This document shows positions 7,867 to 16,402 of a stretch of 37,476 nucleotides of DNA, one piece after another. Below the pieces are notes generated by a model. That model was not told the origin of the DNA. It searched no databases and saw only the letters and a list, made by a program, of their open reading frames with translations. Source of the DNA: a virus (lineage: Duplodnaviria; Caudoviricetes); the IMG/VR virus record IMGVR_UViG_3300023246_000127, positions 1-37,476 of that record; one strand, written 5' to 3'. The position numbers were made by a program, and so were the translations under genes. Within the stretch, counting starts at the first letter, position 1. Each line of letters begins with the position of its first letter.

Positions 7867-8178
7867 ATGAAATGTTTTAAAGCGTTGTTATTAGTTGTAA
7901 TAATTAGTTCAGTATCATATGCAGGATTAATTAAATGTCCTAACTGTGGTTCGTCTATTGGATATATTAGAGATAATGAATCTATTCATTACAGTAAAGA
8001 GGCAAAAAAGATATTAAAAGCAAGGGACGCAAAGGATAGTAGTAGATTTGAAGAAGCAGCCAAAAGGGCAGCAATGGAAACAGACTATAGCTTTTGGGGA
8101 AAAGAACTTGAAGTAAGATTAAAAGAGATGCTAAATGAGATTGAAGTTTTGTTGTGGGATTGGGAAAGAATAAAATAA
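7867..8178 (+). CDS. Hypothetical protein with signal peptide and CxxC
   Basis: MKCFKALLLVVIISSVSYA|G followed by CPNCG; AAGGAG RBS. Confidence 0.65.
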   Translation: MKCFKALLLVVIISSVSYAGLIKCPNCGSSIGYIRDNESIHYSKEAKKILKARDAKDSSRFEEAAKRAAMETDYSFWGKELEVRLKEMLNEIEVLLWDWERIK

Positions 8179-8334
8179 CCGCCTACTTGTTGAAAAACAA
8201 AGGGCAGAGGAGTGGTGGTATGATATCTGGACAGTATGCTTATGTTTGGAATAGTTGTGGATATGGTATTATAGGAATTTATTTATATGGTGAAGCTGGT
8301 TGGTATATTGAATATTTTAAATAGAGGAGAAGTC

Positions 8335-8679
8335 ATGACAAAAACTAAGCAAGTGCTTGACCTTATCAAGATTAGGGCAGGGGTGGATGATGCGTGGATG
8401 TGGAGATGGATTGGAATTAATTTTAAGGCCATTTATAATTTCTATGATAAGGACGATAGCTATTCATTAAATATTTATGATTGCTTCGATGAAAATAAAG
8501 CATTGATATGGCAGTTGGTGATTGATTTGGCTCCGAGATTGTGGAAGTGTGAGAATACTGGAGAGAAATGCTATAAGCCAAATTGTACTAGTTTTTGTGG
8601 GTACAAAGATATTTTATGTGATTTCCTACAAACAAAAGAATCAGACCGCCTCGATTGGCTCATTGAGAATCTAGTTTGA
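8335..8679 (+). CDS. Hypothetical protein
   Basis: GAGGAG RBS before ATG 8335 within the 8287 ORF. Confidence 0.6.
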   Translation: MTKTKQVLDLIKIRAGVDDAWMWRWIGINFKAIYNFYDKDDSYSLNIYDCFDENKALIWQLVIDLAPRLWKCENTGEKCYKPNCTSFCGYKDILCDFLQTKESDRLDWLIENLV

Positions 8680-8726
8680 CAAAGGCAAGGGGAGAGTTAT
8701 GGAACTAAAAGAGATTGCACTACCTA

Positions 8727-8755
8727 TTGACACAGAGCCAATAATATGCTATCCT
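8727..8755 (+). promoter_or_regulatory. Sigma70-type promoter upstream of the HNH gene
   Basis: TTGACA (8727-8732), 17-nt spacer, TATCCT (8750-8755) preceded by TGn (extended -10). Confidence 0.65.
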
Positions 8756-8784
8756 ATAATCACTTTCAATTATAGGAGGCATAC

Positions 8785-9336
8785 ATGATAGAGTTAAAGT
8801 GTAAAATATGTGGATGTAAATATAAGGTTAATCCGTATAGGAAAGCAACATCTAAAACGTGTTCTAAAAGTTGTTCTGCAAAATATACGTACTCTAAAAA
8901 TTTAGCGAATATAGATCGTTCCTACTTGAATGGGAATAAATTTAGAAAGGGATTAAAACCTTCAAACCCATTTAAAAAAGGAAATAATCCCTGGAATAAA
9001 AATATAAAAGGAATTCATCTGTCACCTAAAACAGAATTCAAAAAAGGTCAAAAGGGGATAAATTGGAAACCCATAAAAAGCGTGGCAATTCGCAAGGTTA
9101 AGGGGGAAAAGTATAGAAGATTTATAAAAATTAATGAGCCGAATGATTGGCTAGAATATGCTAAATATGTTTGGGTAAAAAACAATGGAAATATACCCAA
9201 AGGAAAATTAATTCATCATAAAGACAGAGATCCATTAAATGATGTTATAGAAAATCTATCTTTAGAAACAAGGTCAACGCACATAAACATACACAGAAAA
9301 TATATAAACTCATTTAAGAAATGTAAAAGAGGATAA
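8785..9336 (+). CDS. HNH endonuclease (homing-type)
   Basis: CxxC...CSxxC N-terminus, FKKG..PWNK repeats, IHHKDRDPLNDVIENL...H..IH; AT-rich; AGGAGG RBS. Confidence 0.88.
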   Translation: MIELKCKICGCKYKVNPYRKATSKTCSKSCSAKYTYSKNLANIDRSYLNGNKFRKGLKPSNPFKKGNNPWNKNIKGIHLSPKTEFKKGQKGINWKPIKSVAIRKVKGEKYRRFIKINEPNDWLEYAKYVWVKNNGNIPKGKLIHHKDRDPLNDVIENLSLETRSTHINIHRKYINSFKKCKRG

Positions 9337-9339
9337 AAT

Positions 9340-9510
9340 ATGAATCAAGTCAAGGGAAGTTTGAGTTTACGAAAGATCGAGAAGCTACTAATAAAGAAGT
9401 TCAAGACGAAACGCTTTTATCGGGTAGCATGGGAAAGCCGAGGTGCTATTAGGGTTGAGGTGATCGAGATGGCGGAGTTTATAAAAGAGATTATGGAAAG
9501 GGAGATATGA
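9340..9510 (+). CDS. Small hypothetical protein (56 aa)
   Basis: Manual translation MNQVKGSLSLRKIEK...MEREI; ATGA-coupled to the replication gene. Confidence 0.5.
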   Translation: MNQVKGSLSLRKIEKLLIKKFKTKRFYRVAWESRGAIRVEVIEMAEFIKEIMEREI

Positions 9511-10229
9511 TGAAACAGTTTTTGCACATTAAGAATTTGGACAAGTACCACCCCGGATATAAGGACAGGAAGGACTTGAAGTGGGGAAAGCTTTATTTTA
9601 CCATACTTCACGGCGACCCTGAATTTGAAATGATAACCGAAGAAACGGACAAATGGAGATACATAGCTTTTATCATTTTAGAACTCCAAATTAAGAAACC
9701 CGTACCACTTGACGATGATTATTTGACAAGAAAGGGGTTTAATCTTAAAAAACGCAAAATCGCATTGACTTTACAACTGTTACAGAACTTCGTTGAGGTT
9801 GTTACAGAAGATTTAATACCCTGTATCCTAGATAAAGATAAAGATAAAGAAGAAGAAGAAGATAAAGATAAGAGAGCTTCCTTCCGGAAGCCGACCATTC
9901 AAGATATTTTTTCTTTCTGCAAAGAGAAGGGTATAAGGAACTTCGATCCCGATAAGTTCTGGAACTATTACGAAAGCAAGGGTTGGCTAATAGGCAAGAC
10001 TCCTATGAAGTCGTGGCAATCGGCAATAGCAACATGGATGAAAAATAGCTTTGGCAATGACGGTTTCATTAAAGAGAAGAAAGAAGCGGAAAAGCTAATA
10101 ACCCACAACGTAATCTGCACCGTAGACAAATGCAAGTGGGAAGGAAAGGTAAGTCTAAAAGTAGGCGACACTATTGAAAAGACTAAATGCCCTATATGTG
10201 GGTTGTTTAGCTTGAAGGAGAGTAAATGA
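9507..10229 (+). CDS. Phage replication initiator/replisome organizer
   Basis: IKNxDKYxP..KDR..KWxKLY N-domain, DKDKDKEEEE linker, FxKPT...FWNYYESKGW.IGK.PMKSWQSA..TW domain, C-terminal Zn ribbon. Confidence 0.8.
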   Translation: MMKQFLHIKNLDKYHPGYKDRKDLKWGKLYFTILHGDPEFEMITEETDKWRYIAFIILELQIKKPVPLDDDYLTRKGFNLKKRKIALTLQLLQNFVEVVTEDLIPCILDKDKDKEEEEDKDKRASFRKPTIQDIFSFCKEKGIRNFDPDKFWNYYESKGWLIGKTPMKSWQSAIATWMKNSFGNDGFIKEKKEAEKLITHNVICTVDKCKWEGKVSLKVGDTIEKTKCPICGLFSLKESK

Positions 10230-10492
10230 GCCGATGCAAGTATTGTTCAACAGGAATAGCACCGTGGAATAAAGACCTAGGATATGTGCCTTTAGACGAG
10301 CATATTAAAAGAGATAACGGTCAATGGGAGAAGACGGGGTACACATTTTCACTACTCTGCACTTGTGAGGAAGGTAGCAGACAGGCAATTAGCAGACCCG
10401 AAATGAGGAGATGGAACGGAAGGTCAGAGCAGATCGTAAGCGGCCACAAGATGTTCACTCTAAACGACACTTTAAAGGATAGGTTGAAATGA
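10226..10492 (+). CDS. Zn-binding hypothetical protein
   Basis: CKYCxxG...CTCxxG; ATGA-coupled to the initiator. Confidence 0.65.
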   Translation: MSRCKYCSTGIAPWNKDLGYVPLDEHIKRDNGQWEKTGYTFSLLCTCEEGSRQAISRPEMRRWNGRSEQIVSGHKMFTLNDTLKDRLK

Positions 10493-10662
10493 GCAAACTA
10501 GACAGATTCAAGGTCAAGTACACAAACAGGGTGTGTCCTGTATGCGGTTTATCAATGGGGGTTCCTGATTGGTACAAATACCCGCCGAAATGTAAAGGAA
10601 GCGACATTAAACCTCATGTGCCAACCACAATGGTGGAAGAAAAAGACTTACCCAAGCCGTAG
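10489..10662 (+). CDS. Small Zn-ribbon protein (57 aa)
   Basis: Manual translation MSKLDRFKVKYTNRVCPVCG...; ATGA overlap. Confidence 0.55.
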   Translation: MSKLDRFKVKYTNRVCPVCGLSMGVPDWYKYPPKCKGSDIKPHVPTTMVEEKDLPKP

Positions 10663-10771
10663 TGTCGGAATTTGGAAGGCACGATAAGGCACAGGAATGG
10701 ATTATTATTGAATTTAGGTAGATTGGTGTGTAAGCGGTCAAAATGGAGTTAAAACTAAAATAGGGGGTTGT

Positions 10772-11182
10772 ATGGTAACTAGAAAAGAATTGGAAGATGC
10801 GTTAAAGTCTTATGGTAAGTTGGAGTCAGGTATTAAAGATTTAGTACACGCACTTAGAAATATGGGTTTAAATACGGTTGTTTCTTGTGAAGGTCACAAT
10901 GTAAATAAGTTCCCAAGTTCGCATAGTTCTCTATATCCATTTGTGGGTATTGAATTGCAAAAACCAACCGATTTTCAATCTATACTAAAGTCTGTTTTTG
11001 AGTTTAATAAAAATAGGAATTGGAACGCCAAAATAATGTTTAACTTTAAGTCGTTTGTAAGGGTTGATATGGTTTTCGTAAGTACGTTTTTACCAGCATC
11101 TCAATTTGTTGCCGATATGTTTGCTAAATTTTTAGAAAGAAAACGTAAAAAAGCTATAAAAATAAAAAAGGGGTCAAAATGA
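10772..11182 (+). CDS. Hypothetical protein with a TxxSCEGH motif
   Basis: GIKDLVxALxxMGLNTVVSCEGH, a pattern I recall from phage proteins and reminiscent of the Tyw3 TxSSCxGR motif; function unclear. Confidence 0.6.
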   Translation: MVTRKELEDALKSYGKLESGIKDLVHALRNMGLNTVVSCEGHNVNKFPSSHSSLYPFVGIELQKPTDFQSILKSVFEFNKNRNWNAKIMFNFKSFVRVDMVFVSTFLPASQFVADMFAKFLERKRKKAIKIKKGSK

Positions 11183-11502
11183 ATTATCCAAAGTGCTTTA
11201 CAAATGAAGGTCAGTATAAGAAGTGGGCGGAGATGCTAAATAGCAATAAGCACGATTACAAGTTAGCCGGAGTTCCTGACTATTGTTACGATTGCACAAA
11301 GGAGTACAGGGAAGAAATGCTTGAAGCTGGGCGTTGCAAGTGTTCTGACAAAGATTTTAGGTGGGCTATGACTTCGGGAAAGGTCGACAGGAACTATAAG
11401 ACACCGAAATGCGTTGTAGACATGATGAAGAAGCACGGTGGCAAAAGCTATAAGATCAGCGACAACGTGGTTAATGCAGGAAAGGTAAGGGAGGTAAGGT
11501 GA
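11179..11502 (+). CDS. Cys-containing hypothetical protein
   Basis: PKCF...YCYDCT..Y..EM...GRC; ATGA coupling. Confidence 0.65.
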   Translation: MNYPKCFTNEGQYKKWAEMLNSNKHDYKLAGVPDYCYDCTKEYREEMLEAGRCKCSDKDFRWAMTSGKVDRNYKTPKCVVDMMKKHGGKSYKISDNVVNAGKVREVR

Positions 11503-11705
11503 GAGGCAAAGATTGGATACATAAAAGCTATTCAGTAAGCATAAACATAGATGAACCGTTGCTTCAAACTTTCTGGCATAGATATGGCAAGAACAGACGA
11601 ACAAGAATCACGGTATTATGGAGTGAGTATATTCAACAGATGCAATATTCAATAAACTACACAAAGGAAATGTTGTGTATAGGATTTTTGAAGGAGGGAT
11701 ATTGA
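11499..11705 (+). CDS. Hypothetical protein
   Basis: GGAGG RBS, GTGA start/stop overlap. Confidence 0.5.
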   Translation: MRGKDWIHKSYSVSINIDEPLLQTFWHRYGKNRRTRITVLWSEYIQQMQYSINYTKEMLCIGFLKEGY

Positions 11706-11980
11706 AACCAATAATAGTTGAGGCGTGGGGTGATGATGAGTTCGGAAAGGATATTATAGATAACTTTGACCGGATAGTAAGCATAAGGGAAAAGGCAGAA
11801 CGATCGCTATTCGTATCTATGTACATACCAAACCAAAAGAGAAACGAGCTTATATGTAAATTCCACAAAGTAGCGGTAAACAAGTACAATTTGTCTACCT
11901 ATTACGTTGCAAAGATGATGAGTTTATTCTTTCCAATAACACTTGATGGGGTGATAAGAATAATAAAAAGAAACAATTAA
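11702..11980 (+). CDS. Putative Mor/C-like late transcription activator
   Basis: MYIP...KRNELI...VAK...ITLDGVIRIIKR resembles the Mor YIP/RN..I/HTH pattern; last early gene before the late control region; likely TTG start 11702 with GGAGG RBS. Confidence 0.5.
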   Translation: MKPIIVEAWGDDEFGKDIIDNFDRIVSIREKAERSLFVSMYIPNQKRNELICKFHKVAVNKYNLSTYYVAKMMSLFFPITLDGVIRIIKRNN

Positions 11981-12053
11981 TCTATTATTTGTCTATTACT
12001 TTAAACGTATGATAGAGTATGGGCTATATATATTCCATTAAATTTAACAGCAC

Positions 12054-12110
12054 ACTTCCCACGCCTCTGCAGATGCCAAGCAACTGTAAGCGTAATTTGG
12101 GGAGTTTTTT
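12054..12110 (+). terminator. Long hairpin with U6 tail
   Basis: acttccca/tggggagt, acgc/gcgt and tgcag/ctgta stems, followed by tttttt. Confidence 0.55.
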
Positions 12111-12156
12111 AAGCGGGCAGATTTCAACCAATTATAGGTTGGCACTCGCTTTTTTT
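12111..12156 (+). terminator. Second tandem terminator-like hairpin
   Basis: aagcggg/ctcgctt and caacc/ggttg stems, running into a T7 tract. Confidence 0.55.
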
Positions 12157-12757
12157 CATTCGCTATACCTCGGAGTGTTCGCTATGGCAATTCTACCGAT
12201 GCCGGGTATCATGCGGTGAAAATATATCTTAATGGCACGTTTGTACGTCATGTATAGTGAGCCGAAGTTATACACTACCATATTGAATGGCGAACCTGTT
12301 TCGGTGAAAAAATTGCCTATGGGATTTGACGGAGTGCCTTAATTAACGTAGTTTGGTAGCGGAGTTAGACTTATTTCTCTAGTTGATTGGGATTTAGGAT
12401 TAAGCTTACTACTCTTTAATCAGCAAACTATTAGGAGTAACAATGAAAGACAGTAAGGGTTGGCCATCAGCTATAAAAGACAAGGGTTACGATCCGAAGC
12501 GAAAAGAAAAAGGTCAAGATGCAAGGTAAATGTCCTCTCACCAAGAGGCAGAAGGTAAAAATGCGTAAAAGCATTGATAAGTTATGTAGTTTGATGTGTT
12601 GCTTTAACCTTGTAAGGAAGGTGTGTGGATAATGAACAAATTAAGTAAGAAAGATATAAAACTAGTTCGTGAAGCCATTAAAAGAATAGTTAAGGAATAT
12701 GGTGGGATATTAATTAGACTTGGAAGGGAATAATGCGTAAAATAGGAATAGAATCAA

Positions 12758-13135
12758 ATGGAAATTAAAAGAACGGTTATTTTACCCAACCCATCATGGT
12801 GTAACGGTTGTAAGTTTTTAGACAACTACCCAAAGAACCAGAGACCCGTAAATGCTCGGTGTGTATTAGGGTATTGGAATCAGCTCGGTAACGTAGTGCC
12901 TCAAATGCAGAAGCTAATGGACTGGAAGATCTCAAGACCTTCAAAATGTTGGGAAGAGAACGGGCAGTCTCCTTTTGAGAATAAGGTTAAAAACAAGGTT
13001 GAGATGTCAGAGGAATACCACCCGCCCGAAGGGTCTTTAATGGCAACACTCCCACACAAGACATACACCCGTGAAGACTACAAGAAGTCAAAGAAGAAAA
13101 AGGTTGTAAAATCAAAGAGAAAGAAGAAAAAATAG
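12758..13135 (+). CDS. Hypothetical protein with a basic C-terminal tail
   Basis: CNGC...C...C motif; Lys-rich end. Confidence 0.65.
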   Translation: MEIKRTVILPNPSWCNGCKFLDNYPKNQRPVNARCVLGYWNQLGNVVPQMQKLMDWKISRPSKCWEENGQSPFENKVKNKVEMSEEYHPPEGSLMATLPHKTYTREDYKKSKKKKVVKSKRKKKK

Positions 13136-13149
13136 GAGTTTGTAAAACA

Positions 13150-13431
13150 ATGGTAAACAAAGGTGGGTGCAGACCAGGACATACCAATAACCCAAATGGC
13201 AGACCAAGGGCAGGCAGTGCTTTTTTAGACCAGCTAAAGGAAGCCCTTAAAAAGGTAGAAAAAGAAAAGGGGAAAACCTTAATGCGACACATGGTAGAAA
13301 GAGCTTTCCTTGAAGATACTGTAATGGTTGCTCTAGCCAAGAAGCTATTGCCTGACCTTAAAGAGGTTGACAATAAAGGCATGGTAAGGTTTGACCATTT
13401 CGCACATCAGATAAATGATTACAAAAAGTAA
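13150..13431 (+). CDS. terS: Terminase small subunit (DUF5681-like N-terminus)
   Basis: PGxxxNPNGRP motif; ends KLLPDLK; directly upstream of the terminase ATPase gene. Confidence 0.7.
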   Translation: MVNKGGCRPGHTNNPNGRPRAGSAFLDQLKEALKKVEKEKGKTLMRHMVERAFLEDTVMVALAKKLLPDLKEVDNKGMVRFDHFAHQINDYKK

Positions 13432-14302
13432 GGTAGAATTTAACCCTAATACGTTTGACTACTCTAGGTTTATGGGTGACAACTTCGAGATTGTAGATAA
13501 GACAGGCGTAAGCGTACCACTTAAAGCCAATTCAGTACAGGCAGAGTTTGAGAAAGATAAAGGTAACGATGCTATAATCTTAAAGGCAAGACAGCAGGGG
13601 TTCTCAAGTTGGATAGATGGGATATTTACATCAGACTTTATACTTAGGTCAAACAGTTACGGTGCGATCGTAGCAGATATAGAAGACAACGCAGTAGGTC
13701 TATTAGACAGGATTAAGTATTATCTCGGCAGTTACGAAGAGAAGAACAAGACCAAGTTACAGATGAAAGAGACGTATATAAAAGGCAACGTAGTTGATTT
13801 GAAGTACGATAGTCGGTTTGAATTGTATCATGAGTTCATGAACAGTCGATTGGTTATAGGAACGGCAAAGAATGTAGAGTTTGGTAGGTCAAAGACTATA
13901 ACGAACCTTCATTTATCGGAGATAGCGTTTTATCCTAACATAGAGAAGATTCTAGCCGGTGCGGGTCAAGCAGTAGTGCAAGGTGGCAGAAAGTGGCTAG
14001 AGACTACGGCTAACGGGTTTAACGAGTTCAAAGAGTTGTGGGACGATTCTTCTAACAAGTTCAACAACTACAAGGCCTTGTTTTACGGTGCTTCTAAGTT
14101 CTATTCAAAAGAGTTCTTAGAAATGAAGAAGAGAGAGTTTACAAAGCGTGGCAAGGTAGCGTTGAAATACTATCAAGAGTACCCGGATAACCCAATAGAA
14201 GCTTTTATTAGTTCGGGCGACTGTTACTTCGATCAAGACAGTTTAAGGTTTTACTTAGAGAAGTGGATGTCAAAGCCGATGGTAGCGGGATATATATACT
14301 AA
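13415..14302 (+). CDS. terL: Terminase large subunit, N-terminal ATPase part
   Basis: IILKARQQGFS (Walker A), GRSKTITNLHLSEIAF (Walker B), ETTANG (motif III), QEYP...EAFISSG. Confidence 0.9.
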   Translation: MITKSKVEFNPNTFDYSRFMGDNFEIVDKTGVSVPLKANSVQAEFEKDKGNDAIILKARQQGFSSWIDGIFTSDFILRSNSYGAIVADIEDNAVGLLDRIKYYLGSYEEKNKTKLQMKETYIKGNVVDLKYDSRFELYHEFMNSRLVIGTAKNVEFGRSKTITNLHLSEIAFYPNIEKILAGAGQAVVQGGRKWLETTANGFNEFKELWDDSSNKFNNYKALFYGASKFYSKEFLEMKKREFTKRGKVALKYYQEYPDNPIEAFISSGDCYFDQDSLRFYLEKWMSKPMVAGYIY

Positions 14303-14312
14303 GGAGAAAAGC

Positions 14313-14492
14313 ATGAAAATCACACAGAATGGCAAGGGAATCAGAATCACGAGAAGTAATGGCGCGGAGTTATGCCTTGAAGCAGATGAAGCGAAAGAGC
14401 TTAAAGTAGCGGTTGACAAGTTCTTTGAGGTAGAGAAGAAGAAAGAAGTTGTAATTAAGCCTAAAATAGATGACAAGACTAGTGACAAGTAG
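14313..14492 (+). CDS. 59-aa ORF between the two terminase halves
   Basis: AAGGAG RBS; MKITQNGKGIRITRSNGAELCLEADEAKELKVAVDKFFEVEKKKEVVIKPKIDDKTSDK*; its TAG overlaps the next GTG (TAGTG). Confidence 0.7.
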   Translation: MKITQNGKGIRITRSNGAELCLEADEAKELKVAVDKFFEVEKKKEVVIKPKIDDKTSDK

Positions 14493-15187
14493 TGAGTTTC
14501 TACCAGTTCCGCACCATCAAGCGCGGTGAGTTCTTTGTAATAGCAGGCGATACAAGCACGGGAGCTGGGGATTGGAGTACAACACAGTTTCTTAGCAAGA
14601 ACGGGAAAGACGTGCCTTTAGTGTATCGCACAAAGTCTACTGCTACGGAGATGACGAACGAGATACACCCGATAATAGAGAAGTTATTTGACGTTACGGG
14701 TATTAAACCGGTAGTAGCGTATGAGCGAAACAACGGTGGAAGCTTTGAGATGGACAGGCTAGGAACATTGAATAGGTTGGGTAAGTACACGCTCTTTGAG
14801 ATGAACGAGAATAGGGGTAACATAGAAGATAAAGAGTCGAGAATGTATGGGTGGGATACGAACACGGCCACAAGGCCTAAGATGCTCGGCGACCTTCAAG
14901 AAGTCATTAATAAGCGACTTTTAAAGATTTACGATGAAGTTACCATTAATGAAATGTTTAGCTTCATTAAGGTAAGAACAAGCACTCTGTACAAGGCACA
15001 AGCGGACAAAGGCGCACACGATGACCATGTAATGAGCTTGGCGATAGCGTGGCAGTTGTACTTATACACACCGACATTGAATCAGGTACAGGCGTACAGG
15101 ACAGGCGGAAGGGGTCAGTTCCCCGGTGTAGATCGGACAAAGAGAGAATCAAAGACAGTTGGAAGGTTTGGACACGTATATAAATAA
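14492..15187 (+). CDS. terL: Terminase large subunit, C-terminal RNase H-like nuclease part
   Basis: VIAGDTSTGxGD, AYERNNGG, GWxTNxxTRPKML, GAHDDHVMSLAIA. Confidence 0.9.
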   Translation: MSFYQFRTIKRGEFFVIAGDTSTGAGDWSTTQFLSKNGKDVPLVYRTKSTATEMTNEIHPIIEKLFDVTGIKPVVAYERNNGGSFEMDRLGTLNRLGKYTLFEMNENRGNIEDKESRMYGWDTNTATRPKMLGDLQEVINKRLLKIYDEVTINEMFSFIKVRTSTLYKAQADKGAHDDHVMSLAIAWQLYLYTPTLNQVQAYRTGGRGQFPGVDRTKRESKTVGRFGHVYK

Positions 15188-15198
15188 AGGGAGGTTTC

Positions 15199-15483
15199 AT
15201 GGCGAATCAGGTGGACAGCAAAGTAGCTGAACCAAAAGAAGTTGAAGAAACTAATAAGTATGCAACGATCGTGATTAAGATGAAAGAGAACTTTGCAGTA
15301 GAGGTTGGAGTACAGAACATGGTATCGGTGACACAGAGCGAGATAATGCTTAAAGACGCGGAAAAGCTTATAGGTAAGATGTTCTATGAGAAGGCGATGG
15401 AGAAGGAAGTAACAAGACAAGCGTTGGCAGGTGGCAATGGTTTTATACCCGGCCTTAACAAATTTCTAGGTAAAAAGCATTAA
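15199..15483 (+). CDS. Hypothetical protein
   Basis: GGGAGG RBS; 94-aa ORF in the late operon. Confidence 0.7.
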   Translation: MANQVDSKVAEPKEVEETNKYATIVIKMKENFAVEVGVQNMVSVTQSEIMLKDAEKLIGKMFYEKAMEKEVTRQALAGGNGFIPGLNKFLGKKH

Positions 15484-15492
15484 GGAGCCGAT

Positions 15493-15678
15493 ATGAAACC
15501 GATAGTCAAAGGTAATAAGATATATAACTGGGTACAGATTGAAAGTATTGAGCCGGACATACAAGGAAAACAGTTGATAATCAAGATGAATAGCGGAACA
15601 CTTAAAAAGATGGGGTTTGCAGATAATAAGGAGATGCAGTCTTACATAGACAATCTAATAAAGGAGTTGAGTCAATGA
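15493..15678 (+). CDS. Hypothetical protein
   Basis: AAGGAG RBS; ATGA coupling to the next gene. Confidence 0.65.
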   Translation: MKPIVKGNKIYNWVQIESIEPDIQGKQLIIKMNSGTLKKMGFADNKEMQSYIDNLIKELSQ

Positions 15679-15968
15679 GCCAGATAAAACCCGTAAACGG
15701 GTATATCTTAGTAAAGACTTTGGCGTTTAAGGAAGAGAGCAAAAGTGGTATCATACTAAAGAATACGGTCAAGAAGGGTGATTTATACAGAGGCGAGATA
15801 ATTGGTAGAAGCGATGGTTCGGACGAAGCGATATACAGCGTAAGAATAGGCGAAGTGGTCTACTTTGACGTATACAATGGCAAGAAATGCCCTAGCAACG
15901 ATACCGAGAGCGATTTTATCCTACTTAAAGAAGAGGATATATGCGGGGTTGAAGAAAAGCTGCAATGA
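15675..15968 (+). CDS. groES: GroES/Cpn10-like co-chaperonin
   Basis: IKPVNGYILVK, ESKSGIIL mobile loop, VRIGEVVYFxxYxG, ILLKEEDICG. Confidence 0.85.
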   Translation: MSQIKPVNGYILVKTLAFKEESKSGIILKNTVKKGDLYRGEIIGRSDGSDEAIYSVRIGEVVYFDVYNGKKCPSNDTESDFILLKEEDICGVEEKLQ

Positions 15969-16138
15969 AGATACGCAAGTCCGAGATAGAATTAAGCAAG
16001 GTAGTTGACTATACCGTAACTAAAAATGCAATACATATATACATGAAAGACTATACTAAGGTCTATATGAAGTACGAAATATCTAACGAATTTGACAGTA
16101 TAGTTAAAGCATTAAAAGGACGAAATGGAAGCGATTGA
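15965..16138 (+). CDS. Small hypothetical protein (57 aa)
   Basis: Manual translation MKIRKSEIELSKVVDY...; ATGA overlap. Confidence 0.55.
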   Translation: MKIRKSEIELSKVVDYTVTKNAIHIYMKDYTKVYMKYEISNEFDSIVKALKGRNGSD

Positions 16139-16292
16139 ACTGTTTAACAAACTCAAGAACAAGTGGATACTCGAAGAGATAGTAAAGTTTGAGGAAGTGG
16201 GTAATCCGGGTATGATAGAGATACACTACGGTTTAGGTGGCAATGCGACTACTATCAAGCCGAAACCCGAAATAAGGCGTAAGAAAGACTAA
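16125..16292 (+). CDS. Small hypothetical protein (55 aa)
   Basis: AAGGA RBS; MEAIELFNKLKNKW...GMIEIHYG... Confidence 0.55.
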   Translation: MEAIELFNKLKNKWILEEIVKFEEVGNPGMIEIHYGLGGNATTIKPKPEIRRKKD

Positions 16293-16323
16293 CAACTTAA
16301 TAGACGAGCAATCTTAACAAAAG

Positions 16324-16393
16324 AAGCTCATAGCAGAGGAAGCGGGAACGTGAAAGAACACCGCAATATACCTCTATTATGGGCTTTTTATTT
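16324..16393 (+). promoter_or_regulatory. Long interrupted stem-loop with U-rich tail just upstream of the portal RBS
   Basis: aagctcatag/ttatgggctt, agagg/cctct and gcgg/ccgc nested stems, then tttattt. Confidence 0.6.
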
Positions 16394-16402
16394 GAGGTAA
16401 AA

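Noticed and set aside
9831-9872. gataaa/gaa short repeats in the initiator gene as origin iterons
   Set aside because: Fully explained by the low-complexity DKDKDKEEEEDKDK linker; no longer spaced iterons were seen.
12019-12219. 66-aa ORF in the late control region
   Set aside because: No RBS, and it overlaps the presumed transcription start and two terminator-like hairpins.
12270-12345. tmRNA/tRNA-like fragments (ggatttgacgg, cactacca)
   Set aside because: I could not build a T-arm (GTTCRA) or an acceptor stem on either strand.
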